NCBI GenBank assembly: GCA_948471115.1
Contig: CAOKRJ010000002.1
Coordinates: forward strand, 4,805 to 68,804
DNA: 64,000 bases
Source: an uncultured Clostridium sp.
GTDB taxonomy: Bacteria; Bacillota; Clostridia; TANB77; CAG-508
Direction of reading: 5' to 3'
The notes below the pieces were generated by a model that searched no databases, had not been told where the DNA came from, and was given only the letters and a program-made list of their open reading frames with translations. Of this stretch, positions 48,882-57,857 are shown piece after piece. The translations under genes and the position numbers were made by a program. Positions within the stretch are counted from its first letter, which is position 1. Every line of letters begins with the position of its first letter.

Positions 48882-50861
48882 ATGGTAATAAATGTATTTA
48901 AAGAAGGAAATGATGAAAATGATGCATTAGATAAGAATAATTATAGTATAAAAGAGGGAGATGATGATAGTGAGGTACAAAAAATAAAATCACATTTAGA
49001 TATAACATATTTAAAATATGTTTCTGATAACATTAAATATTTATTAAAACTTAATATTACAAATGATAATGAGTGCTTTGAAAAAAGTAATAAATATACT
49101 AAAGATAAAGAAACAGGAGATAAATATAGAGTAATTTTATATATAAGACTTTCTGTTGAGGATGGAGATGTAATTGATGGAGATGTTAGCAAGAGTATAA
49201 GAAATCAATTGTTAATTTTATTAGATGAATGTGAAAAGAGAGGTTGGGTTGTTGTTGCAATATTTTGTGAAGAAGGAATTTCTGGTGCAGATGATAATAG
49301 ACCAGAATGGAATAAGTCTTTAAAGTTTTGTGAATATGGAAATACAGAAATTGTATTGTGCAAAAGCCAATCTAGATTTTCAAGAAGTATGGAAATGATA
49401 GAAAAATATTTACATAACGAATTTATTACATGGAATATAAGATTTGTAGGGTTAGTAGATAGTACAGACACATCTGTTATAGGAAACAAAAAAACTAGAC
49501 AGATAAATGGATTAGTAAATGAGTGGCAAGTAGAGGATCAATCAATAAACATAAGAGCAGTATTAAAAAATAAACAATCTAATGGTTTATTTACTGGTGC
49601 ATTTGCTCCATACGGTTATCTAAAAGACCCAAAAGATAAATATCATTTTATAATAGATGAAGATGCAGCAAGAGTTGTTAGAAAAATTTTCGAAATGTAT
49701 GCAAGTGGAAACGGAGCAACTAAGATATGTTTATATTTGAATGAGAATAAAATACCAATTCCTAGTATATATAAACATCAAAAAGGTTTAAAATTCAATT
49801 GTCCAACTGTTAAATATGATCAAAGAATAACATACCAAGTTGAAAAAGGAGATAGCTTAGTTGCAATAGCAGATAAATATCAATCAACAGTAAAAGAAAT
49901 AATACAATATAATTCAATGGAAAGTGAAGAAATTACTGAAGGTCAGATAATAATAATACCAGTTGTTCATGTATGGAGAACAAATACAATATATAATCTG
50001 TTAAAAAATGAGGTATATATTGGAACATTAATACAACATAAAAATGAAATTATAAGTTATAAAAATAAAAAAGAAAGGAGTATTCCAAAAGAGCAAAGGA
50101 TAGTAGTTCCACATTGTCATGAAGCTATAATAGATAAAGAAACATGGAATATAGTAAGTGCAAGATTTGAAAGATATAGAAAAGTAAAATCAAATAAAAA
50201 AGGAGAAATATCATTGTTTTCTGGAAAATTGAAATGTGGATGTTGTGGACACGCATTATATAGAGATTATCATGAGAGGGGAAATAAAACATATTCTTAT
50301 TGGTTATGTGGAAATAGATATGGAACTGCTAAATTTTTATGTAACAATAAAAAACTTGTTAATGAACAGGAGATAGAGAGAATATTACTAGATGAAATTA
50401 ATAAACAATTGGATATATATTATGATAAATCATTAGTAGAAGAAAAGTATTATGAACAGAAAGTAGTTAATTCTTTAGAAGATGAAATAAAATTATTACA
50501 AAAAGAAAAGAAGGAATTAGAAAATAATATAAGTAAAAAGCAAAACACAATATCATTACTATATGAAGATAGAGCGAATGGAATTATTGATTTAACAGAA
50601 TTTACAATGATAAAAAATAAAAATAGTATAGATATTGGACATTTTCAAGAAAGACTAAGAAATATAGAAAGTGAATTATTAGACTTAAATAAGAAAAAAC
50701 TAGAAAAGTATGATACAGAAAAAATATTAAAAAAATATAAAAAAATTGAAAGTCTAACTAGAAGTATATTGGATGAATTTATATCAAAAATTCACATAGG
50801 CTATTATAATCCAGAAACAAAAACAAGAAAGATTGAAATAGAGTGGAATATAAGTACCTAA
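48882..50861 (+). CDS. Large serine recombinase with N-terminal acidic extension and embedded LysM-like segment
   Basis: YRVILYIRLSVEDGD catalytic region, recombinase domain, a zinc-ribbon-like CGCCGH...C and a coiled coil. LysM-like YQVEKGDSLVAIADKYQSTVKEIIQYN...GQIIIIP lies at 49827-49964. It is the last gene before attR. Confidence 0.85.
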   Translation: MVINVFKEGNDENDALDKNNYSIKEGDDDSEVQKIKSHLDITYLKYVSDNIKYLLKLNITNDNECFEKSNKYTKDKETGDKYRVILYIRLSVEDGDVIDGDVSKSIRNQLLILLDECEKRGWVVVAIFCEEGISGADDNRPEWNKSLKFCEYGNTEIVLCKSQSRFSRSMEMIEKYLHNEFITWNIRFVGLVDSTDTSVIGNKKTRQINGLVNEWQVEDQSINIRAVLKNKQSNGLFTGAFAPYGYLKDPKDKYHFIIDEDAARVVRKIFEMYASGNGATKICLYLNENKIPIPSIYKHQKGLKFNCPTVKYDQRITYQVEKGDSLVAIADKYQSTVKEIIQYNSMESEEITEGQIIIIPVVHVWRTNTIYNLLKNEVYIGTLIQHKNEIISYKNKKERSIPKEQRIVVPHCHEAIIDKETWNIVSARFERYRKVKSNKKGEISLFSGKLKCGCCGHALYRDYHERGNKTYSYWLCGNRYGTAKFLCNNKKLVNEQEIERILLDEINKQLDIYYDKSLVEEKYYEQKVVNSLEDEIKLLQKEKKELENNISKKQNTISLLYEDRANGIIDLTEFTMIKNKNSIDIGHFQERLRNIESELLDLNKKKLEKYDTEKILKKYKKIESLTRSILDEFISKIHIGYYNPETKTRKIEIEWNIST

Positions 50862-50864
50862 TAT

Positions 50865-50876
50865 TTTTTCGGTATA
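50865..50876. repeat. Right subterminal inverted repeat of the ICE
   Basis: TTTTTCGGTATA is the reverse complement of TATACCGAAAAA at 257-268. Confidence 0.55.
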
Positions 50877-50892
50877 TTAAAAACTAGCACAT

Positions 50893-51252
50893 GATGGAAT
50901 GATAAAGAATGGAACAGGTTTTACAGATATATATAATTATAGAAATTCTAGATATTTTATAAACACAGTAAAAGAGGCAAGAAAAGCTTCTGTGGATAGG
51001 GAGCTAGTTATATTTGCAGGTGCATGCCAAAGCTTTTTTGAAGCAATTATGGAATCAGGAGCAAACTTTGCCTCATCTCCAGCAAGAGTATTAATAGATT
51101 TTATGGATCCATTAACAATTGCAGAAAAAGTTGCAATAACCTCAGAAGAAAAAAATATTACTATGAAAGAAATATCATATTTACTAAAAGACGATAATAA
51201 AAGAGTAGGAGGAATAACCTCAAGGGGAAGAAAGAAAAAATATACAATATAA
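50893..51252 (+). CDS. yabG: YabG sporulation-specific protease, 3' portion
   Basis: DGMIKNG...YNYRNSRYFINTVKEARK...LVIFAGACQSFFEAIMESGANFASSPARV matches B. subtilis YabG (AYRHSKHFVETVQTARK, LVIFAGACQSHFESLIRAGANFASSPSRV). Confidence 0.85.
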   Translation, partial: DGMIKNGTGFTDIYNYRNSRYFINTVKEARKASVDRELVIFAGACQSFFEAIMESGANFASSPARVLIDFMDPLTIAEKVAITSEEKNITMKEISYLLKDDNKRVGGITSRGRKKKYTI

Positions 51253-51268
51253 CAAAATATTACAATTC

Positions 51269-51297
51269 TGTAACAAAACTGTAACACAAATGTAATA
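51269..51297 (+). promoter_or_regulatory. Three helically phased TGTAA(C/T)A repeats
   Basis: TGTAACA at 51269 and 51280, and TGTAATA at 51291, at 11-bp spacing. They lie ~70 bp upstream of the veg promoter. Confidence 0.3.
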
Positions 51298-51366
51298 AGA
51301 ATGCAAAGAAACTATACAACAATTGGAAGAGTAAGGATATGAAAGAAACATGTTAGCTAAGTTTTT

Positions 51367-51395
51367 TTGACATTTAATGGTATAAATGCTATAAT
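51367..51395 (+). promoter_or_regulatory. veg promoter (consensus sigma-A)
   Basis: TTGACA-N17-TATAAT exactly, ~30 nt before the veg start. Confidence 0.7.
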
Positions 51396-51425
51396 TTGAA
51401 CATCAATAGAGAAGTAGGTGGTTAT

Positions 51426-51728
51426 ATGTTTTGTAAAAGTGACATAGATAATGTAAAGACAGATATTGAAGCACAAATAGGACAAAAGATACTTATAAAA
51501 GGAACATTAGGAAGAAGTAAAATATATGAAAAAGTAGGTACAGTAAAAAATGTTTATTCAAATTTATTTGTAATAAAATGTGACAAAGACGAGGGAAATA
51601 TATCATATAACTATACAGATATATTAACAAAAAGTGTAGAAGTATCTATTTTTAATGGTACAGATTATTTACCATTAGACATACCAATATTTGATGAAAA
51701 AAAAGCTAAAAAAGTGGCTATTGTATAA
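51426..51728 (+). CDS. veg: Veg protein
   Basis: ..IKGTLGRSKIYEKVGTVKNVYSNLFVIKCDKDEGNISYNYTDILTKSVEV parallels B. subtilis Veg. yabG-veg synteny is conserved. Confidence 0.85.
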   Translation: MFCKSDIDNVKTDIEAQIGQKILIKGTLGRSKIYEKVGTVKNVYSNLFVIKCDKDEGNISYNYTDILTKSVEVSIFNGTDYLPLDIPIFDEKKAKKVAIV

Positions 51729-51769
51729 AATAGAATGAAAAATAAATATTTAAAATAGTAAGATTTTTG

Positions 51770-51798
51770 AAATTCCTAGTAAAACTAGGAATTTTTTT
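51770..51798 (+). terminator. veg terminator
   Basis: AAATTCCTAGT-aaa-ACTAGGAATTT followed by TTTTT. Confidence 0.7.
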
Positions 51799-51841
51799 AA
51801 GCATTTATACATATATATATTAAAAATAAGGAGGATAAAAT

Positions 51842-53392
51842 ATGAAGGTAGAAACAGTAAAGAAAAATATATGTATAAATAGAATAGTAACTCAAAAAAC
51901 ACAAAATTTTATCTTAGAAGAGGATGCTATAATTCCAGATATAAAACCTGATATATTAAAGCCAGTAAGTACAAGTGGGAATGTATGCATATATAGAAAA
52001 GAAGTATCAGATGGGAAGATAAAATTAGATGGAAATGTAAATGTTTACTTAATTTATTTAGCAGATAGTGAAACAGATAACATAAGAGGAATAAACACTA
52101 ATATTGACTTTAAACAAATAATTGAATGCAAAGAAGCATTAAATGGAATGAATGCTAATGAGAAAGTCACAATAAAATCAATAGAATGTAAAGTTTTAAA
52201 TGGAAGAAAAGTAAATTTAAATATACAGCTAGAAGTAGAAATAACCTTATATGCTAATGAAGATTTGGACATAGTAAATAATATTCAAAACATAAAAGAT
52301 ATTCAAGAGATTAGAAAAAATGTAAAATTCAACTCTGTAATTGGTAGTAATTCTACAAAAACATATGCAAAAGAAACTATAAAAATTGATTCAGGGGATA
52401 ACCTAGCAGAAATACTAAGAGTAGATTTTAGTATCATAAATAAAGACAGTAAGATGAGTTATAATAAGATATTAGCTAAAGCAGATGCAGATGTTAAAAT
52501 AATGTATCTAACAGAAGATAATAGAATTAGAAATGTGGAAGAAAAAATACCAATAATGGGATTTGTTGAAATGCTTAATGTCTCTGATAATGATATATGT
52601 GATACCAAATATACAATTAGGAATATATTAATAAAACCTAATTCAGAAGAAGAACATTCTATATATGTTGAAATAGAATTAGATGTATCATGTAATGCAA
52701 TTAGAGAAGAAGAAATAGAAATATTAGAAGATTTATATAGTCCAAGTATGAATTTAGAGTTTAACTCTAGAAATATAGTGACAATGGTAGATAAAAAGAA
52801 CAAAAGTGATGTATATGAAATAAGAGAAAAAATGCAAATACAGGAGTTAGCAGGGGAGAAAATAAGAGACATAAGAATTACTCCTAACATTAATAGTGCA
52901 ACTATTTCTAGGGGAAAGATAAAATATGATGGAGAAATAAAAGTAGATTTCTTAATTACCTCTAACAATCAAACAACAGTAGAAGGGATAACTAAAACTA
53001 TACCAATTATGTATGTAATGGACTATGAGGAGGTTACAGAAAGTAGTAAAATAGATACAAATATAGAAATAGCAATGCAAGATTTTGTTATCGAAGACTC
53101 AGAAGTCACGCTAAACATCAACTTGAATTTTGAGGTGAGTCAATATAATCAAATAAATATGAACATTATAGAGGATGTAAATATTAATGAAGAAAAATGT
53201 ACTGAAAATCCATACAGTATGACAATATATTTTGTTAAACCAGGTGATAGTTTATGGAAAATTGCTAAAAGATATAGGAGCACAATAGAAGATATAATGA
53301 GACTAAATGAAATAGAAGATCCAAATAAAATTGATGTAGGAATGCAATTATTTATTCCCAAATATGTTTGCACAAAGAATAACATTAGTTAA
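51842..53392 (+). CDS. DUF3794 (SPOCS)-repeat protein with C-terminal LysM domain (spore-coat-assembly-like)
   Basis: Contains repeated beta-rich DUF3794-like segments. The C-terminal LysM is YFVKPGDSLWKIAKRYRSTIEDIMRLNEI..IDVGMQLFIP. Confidence 0.65.
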   Translation: MKVETVKKNICINRIVTQKTQNFILEEDAIIPDIKPDILKPVSTSGNVCIYRKEVSDGKIKLDGNVNVYLIYLADSETDNIRGINTNIDFKQIIECKEALNGMNANEKVTIKSIECKVLNGRKVNLNIQLEVEITLYANEDLDIVNNIQNIKDIQEIRKNVKFNSVIGSNSTKTYAKETIKIDSGDNLAEILRVDFSIINKDSKMSYNKILAKADADVKIMYLTEDNRIRNVEEKIPIMGFVEMLNVSDNDICDTKYTIRNILIKPNSEEEHSIYVEIELDVSCNAIREEEIEILEDLYSPSMNLEFNSRNIVTMVDKKNKSDVYEIREKMQIQELAGEKIRDIRITPNINSATISRGKIKYDGEIKVDFLITSNNQTTVEGITKTIPIMYVMDYEEVTESSKIDTNIEIAMQDFVIEDSEVTLNINLNFEVSQYNQINMNIIEDVNINEEKCTENPYSMTIYFVKPGDSLWKIAKRYRSTIEDIMRLNEIEDPNKIDVGMQLFIPKYVCTKNNIS

Positions 53393-53471
53393 GTTTGGAA
53401 AATAATTGTTATTTGTCTGTGCTGTTCAGCTATGCCAAATAGCAATTATTTTTTAACCGAGAAGGTAAAAT

Positions 53472-54152
53472 ATGGATAAGATATATTCAAGAACAAAAAT
53501 ACGATTTCCCAAAGTAATGTATGGAGGGAAAAAAGGTAATGAAAATTATAAAAAGATAATAAAAATAATATTAGTTCTAATTATAGCTATATTTGTAATG
53601 ATAAATATGCTAAAAGCCATTAATCCTATATTCGAGAAACTGTGTATAGATGAAGCAAAAAGTATAGTAACAATAGAAATAAATAGAATAACAACAATAA
53701 ATGTAGACAGGTATCAAGAAAATGAATTAATAACTATTAAGCAAGACGGAAATGGGAATATACAATTATTACAAGTAAACTCTAGGCCATTAAACAATAT
53801 GATATCAAGCATAACAAATGATATTCAAGTAAGTCTAAACGATAATGATACATTAACATCACACATACCATTTGGTAGTATAACAGGAATAAAGTGGGTT
53901 TCTGGTGTTGGACCTAAAATTCCTTTAAAAGTAGCATTATCAGGAACAATTCAGACTAAAATAAGAAATGAATTTGATGATGCTGGAATAAATCAAACAT
54001 TGCATAGGCTATGGTTGGATGTAACATGTGATATAAATATATTAACACCATATGAAATAATACAAACACAAGTAACAAGTGAATTAGTATTAAGTGAAAA
54101 TGTAATTATTGGAGGAGTTCCAAATGTCTATTTAAATACTGATACAAATTAA
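53472..54152 (+). CDS. yunB: Sporulation protein YunB
   Basis: An N-terminal TM helix and ~226 aa. The ..PFGSITGIKWVSGVGPKIPLKV..G.I... pattern is typical of YunB. Confidence 0.65.
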   Translation: MDKIYSRTKIRFPKVMYGGKKGNENYKKIIKIILVLIIAIFVMINMLKAINPIFEKLCIDEAKSIVTIEINRITTINVDRYQENELITIKQDGNGNIQLLQVNSRPLNNMISSITNDIQVSLNDNDTLTSHIPFGSITGIKWVSGVGPKIPLKVALSGTIQTKIRNEFDDAGINQTLHRLWLDVTCDINILTPYEIIQTQVTSELVLSENVIIGGVPNVYLNTDTN

Positions 54153-54172
54153 AAAGGGCCATTATGCCCTTT
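54153..54172. terminator. Bidirectional terminator
   Basis: AAAGGGC-cattat-GCCCTTT lies between convergent yunB and the lon-like gene. Confidence 0.6.
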
Positions 54173-56564
54173 ATTTTAATGCTGCAACAGCATTTGAATA
54201 TTTTTTCAATTTTTCATAAGCGAGATAATTTATAGTTCCAGCAGGGAAATTACCCGATGTATCTTTACGACCAGCAGGAACACCAGTTAAAATTTCAATA
54301 CCTTCTTCAATAGTAGAAATTGCATAAATATGAAATTCCTTATTTTTAACAGACTCTATAACTTCATCGGATAAACTCAAATTCATTACATTTTGAATAG
54401 GAATTATAACTCCATGTTTTCCTGTTAATCCTTTAGTTTTGCAAACATGATAAAAACCTTCAATTTTATCATTAACCCCACCTATTGGTTGAATTTCGCC
54501 CTTTTGATTAACAGAACCAGTAACAGCAATTGCTTGATTTATAGGTACATTTGATAAGCTAGAAAGTAAAGCATATAGCTCTGTACTAGAAGCACTATCT
54601 CCATCAACTCCATTATATAATTGTTCAAAACAAATACTTGCAGTAAGAGAAAGAGGGAAATCCTGAGCAAATTGCTCACCAATATAACCAGTTAAAATCA
54701 ACACTCCCTTAGAATGTGATGAACCAGAAAGTTCAACCTCTCTTTCTATATTTATAATGCCAGATTTTCCAGTATAAGTATTAGCTGTTATCCTAGCAGG
54801 TTTTCCAAAAGTATAATCACCAGTAGTCATTATAGTTAATCCATTAATTTGACCAACTTTATATCCATCTGTATCAATTAAAAGCATATCGTCTTTAATC
54901 ATTTCAGACAATCTATTATCATATTTTTGAACTCTAGCAATTTTCTCATAAATAGCTTTTTTTATAAACTTTTCAGTAATAACCTTAGAACGAGCCATCA
55001 TAGCCCAAGTACCTGCTTCACTAATTATTTGAGACAAATCATTAAAACGAGTAGAAAGTTTTCTTTTATCATCAGCAAGTTTTGAAGCATATTCAATCAT
55101 TCTTGCAACAGCCTCTTTATCCAATTGTGGTAAATGTTCTCTTTCACAGAAAGAATGCATAAATCTTGCTAACAATAAAACATTTTCCTCGGTAAGAGGT
55201 GCATCTTCTGCAAACTCTATTTTAATTTTAAACAATTTTTTAAAGTTAGGATCCATAGCAAGTAAAGTTTGATATATCTCTTCACTACCTATTAAAATTA
55301 CTTTTAAATCAAGAGGGATAGGCTCTGGTTTTAAAGATATCATAACCATAGCACTACGTTGTTCCTGAGAATTATCAATACCAATTTCCTTTACTCTTAA
55401 AACTCTTTTTAAATTTTCGTAGCAAGCGGGACTAGATAATAAATCCTCTGCTTGAAAAATTATATAACCGCCATTAGCAATATGAAGAAGACCAGGTTTT
55501 AACATTGTAAAATCAGTTTTAAACATTCCCATATAATTTTCATATTCAAGTTTTCCAAAAATATTTTGGAAAGAATAGTTAGAATCCATTATTACAGGAG
55601 AACCCTCTAACCTACTATTATCTACAAAAAGGTTAACTCTGTAATTTAACCAAGGCTTAGTAGTATCAGGAGTAGGGGAAGTATCACTCTTTTTATCCTG
55701 TTCCTCACTAGTATTAACGAAATATTGGATATTTTTTAAAATATCTTTTTTAATATTATCCATAAAATGGCTAATTTTTTTATTTCTTTTAAACTTTGAT
55801 TTAACATAATTAACATGTACATTAACAGTTAATAAAGATACATTAGATTGCCATTCTTCAATTTTTTTATCAGACTGTTTTTCAATAGCTTTTATTTCAC
55901 TAATAGCACTAATTATATATTCTTGAACTATTGAAGAATTATTTTCATATTCTTGTCTAATTTTTTCATCTAATTTTTCAAAATCCTCTTCCTCTAAAGT
56001 TTTTCCATCATAAACTGGCATCATATATACACCATTTTGGGCAGTTTTAACTATAAAATTATATTTAGAAGCTTTTTCATTTAGCTTATCCAATAAATCA
56101 GCACGTTTTTGTTCAAACTCTTGGCGGATTAAAGTTTTTTCTTTTTCAAAATCTTCATTACTAAAAGTCTTTGCAATATCCATTTTAACATCTTTTATAA
56201 ATCCATCCATAGTTTCTTGAAAATCTTTACCTTGACCAGCAGGTAGAGAAACAGCTATAGGTTCATTCGGATTATCAAAATTATAAATGTAACACCAATC
56301 AACTGGAACTTTCTTTTTAGAAGAAAGTTTTTCCAAATAATTTCTAGTATACATAGTTTTTCCAACACCACTTGGACCCTCAAGATATAAATTATTTCCA
56401 CGAACATCAACATTAAGACCAAATTCAAGTGAACGGATAGCACTATCTTGACCTATCCCTTTATCATTACTATCAAGTTCTGCAGTAGTCTCAAAATTAA
56501 AACTATCTGTATTACAAAAAGCTTTTAAATCCTTGTAGCTTAATTCATTTTTCTTATTCATCAT
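54171..56564 (-). CDS. Lon-like ATP-dependent protease (AAA+ N-terminal, S16 C-terminal)
   Basis: Walker A is EGPSGVGKT. The C-terminal S16 domain has VDGDSASSTELYALLSSLS...IAVTGSVNQKGEIQPIGGVNDKIEGF. Confidence 0.8.
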   Translation of the reverse strand: MMNKKNELSYKDLKAFCNTDSFNFETTAELDSNDKGIGQDSAIRSLEFGLNVDVRGNNLYLEGPSGVGKTMYTRNYLEKLSSKKKVPVDWCYIYNFDNPNEPIAVSLPAGQGKDFQETMDGFIKDVKMDIAKTFSNEDFEKEKTLIRQEFEQKRADLLDKLNEKASKYNFIVKTAQNGVYMMPVYDGKTLEEEDFEKLDEKIRQEYENNSSIVQEYIISAISEIKAIEKQSDKKIEEWQSNVSLLTVNVHVNYVKSKFKRNKKISHFMDNIKKDILKNIQYFVNTSEEQDKKSDTSPTPDTTKPWLNYRVNLFVDNSRLEGSPVIMDSNYSFQNIFGKLEYENYMGMFKTDFTMLKPGLLHIANGGYIIFQAEDLLSSPACYENLKRVLRVKEIGIDNSQEQRSAMVMISLKPEPIPLDLKVILIGSEEIYQTLLAMDPNFKKLFKIKIEFAEDAPLTEENVLLLARFMHSFCEREHLPQLDKEAVARMIEYASKLADDKRKLSTRFNDLSQIISEAGTWAMMARSKVITEKFIKKAIYEKIARVQKYDNRLSEMIKDDMLLIDTDGYKVGQINGLTIMTTGDYTFGKPARITANTYTGKSGIINIEREVELSGSSHSKGVLILTGYIGEQFAQDFPLSLTASICFEQLYNGVDGDSASSTELYALLSSLSNVPINQAIAVTGSVNQKGEIQPIGGVNDKIEGFYHVCKTKGLTGKHGVIIPIQNVMNLSLSDEVIESVKNKEFHIYAISTIEEGIEILTGVPAGRKDTSGNFPAGTINYLAYEKLKKYSNAVAALK

Positions 56565-56661
56565 AAGTACCTTCTTTCATTTAAATTCATATGTATTTTA
56601 ATACCTTTTTTACATTAAAAGCTATTATTTTAATAGTTACACAAATCAAGTTGGAAAAGAA

Positions 56662-57096
56662 TTATTTTTCAACTTCCAATTTCATAATATAAGCATCAGT
56701 TTGTCCATTATAATAATTTTTCCTAATTCCAAGAGTTTTAAACCCAAAATTCTCATATAATTTAATAGCAGGAGAATTTTCTACATTTACCTCTAAAGTA
56801 ATAAAAGAGCAATTCAACGACTTAGAAATATCAATTAAATTTTGTAAAATCTTAGAACCAATTTTAATATCCCTTTTATCAACTCTAACAGCTATATTAT
56901 TTATATTAGCCTCATCTAAAACTACGGAAATTCCACCAAATCCTAAAATATTTTCATCTTCAACGGCAACAATATAATGACACTTAGGATTAATTAATTC
57001 ATCTTTAAAAATACCAAATGTCCAAAAATCATCGAAATTATTTAGATTACTAGCGATTTTATTCAAATCATCTAAAGACATCCTACGAAATTCCAT
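56662..57096 (-). CDS. rimI: Ribosomal-protein-alanine N-acetyltransferase
   Basis: GNAT fold (..ANINNIAVRVDKRDIKIGSKIL...LEVNVENSPAIKLYENFGF), in tsaE-tsaB-rimI operon context. Confidence 0.8.
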   Translation of the reverse strand: MEFRRMSLDDLNKIASNLNNFDDFWTFGIFKDELINPKCHYIVAVEDENILGFGGISVVLDEANINNIAVRVDKRDIKIGSKILQNLIDISKSLNCSFITLEVNVENSPAIKLYENFGFKTLGIRKNYYNGQTDAYIMKLEVEK

Positions 57097-57825
57097 TAAT
57101 TTTTACCTATACTTTCTGCACTAGACTTTTTTAAATACAAAGGAGTAAGAAAACTTGAATCTCCATAAAGACCATTACAATATTTATCAAAAGCACATCT
57201 TCCAATATCTATAGCTGATATAATATCATTAGGATTAATTTGTATTTTATCCGATTGTATCATATCATTTAAAATTATTCTACAATTTCCCACAAAAAAA
57301 ATATTTTTTTGTAGATTATTTACGAAATCTAAAATATTATCAATAGAATCAAAGAAATAATCATGAGTTTGAACTAGTCTTCCATTATCGAATTTAAAAA
57401 TCCCACAATATGCGTTACCATGATTAGCATTTAATAAAGAACAAATATAATATGAATTAGCAGTTTGTAAGGGTAAGCACTGTTTATCCATAAAATCTGG
57501 ATTAGGCATATTACATAATTTATATGCGAACCCCTCTAATGATGTAATACCAATACAAAGTTTATTTGTAACATCACAAAAAGCTTTAATAGTAGAAATC
57601 CCAATTCTAATTCCAGTAAAAGAACCGTGGTCCTTTATCACAAGCAAATAAATCAATATCATTAAGAGTTAAATTAGTTTCAAAGAGTACATCTTTAATA
57701 AGTGGCATAAGTGCGACAGAATGGGTATTAACAGCAGCTAAAGTCTTTTCTAAAACAATATTTTTATCTTCTAAAATTGCAACAGAGCAAACCTCTGTAA
57801 CAGTATCAATAGCTAAAATTTTCAT
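57096..57825 (-). CDS. tsaB: tRNA t6A biosynthesis protein TsaB (needs +1 at CGG, plus-strand 57625-57627)
   Basis: MKILAIDT...ACDKGP then CGG. Skipping that C gives the conserved GPGSFTGIRIGIS motif and joins ORF 57096-57662. Confidence 0.8.
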
Positions 57826-57857
57826 TACAAAACCTTTCTTATAAAAAATAAAATTTA

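Larger units (their letters stand above)
245..50892. mobile_element. ~50.6 kb integrative conjugative element inserted in yabG (Tn1549/CTn-like conjugation module, serine-recombinase integration)
   Basis: Both yabG halves flank it. Joining 244 to 50893 gives ATT ACA GGT CAT|GAT GGA ATG = ITGHDGM in frame. CAT is shared at both junctions. It carries relaxase, T4CP, VirB4, VirB6-like, PrgI, a sortase/adhesin pair and a terminal large serine recombinase. Confidence 0.85.

Noticed and set aside
245-50892. The 50 kb insert as a prophage (skin/SPbeta-like).
   Set aside because: No capsid, portal, terminase, tail or holin genes are recognisable. Instead there is a full relaxase/T4CP/VirB4/VirB6/PrgI/sortase-adhesin conjugation set.
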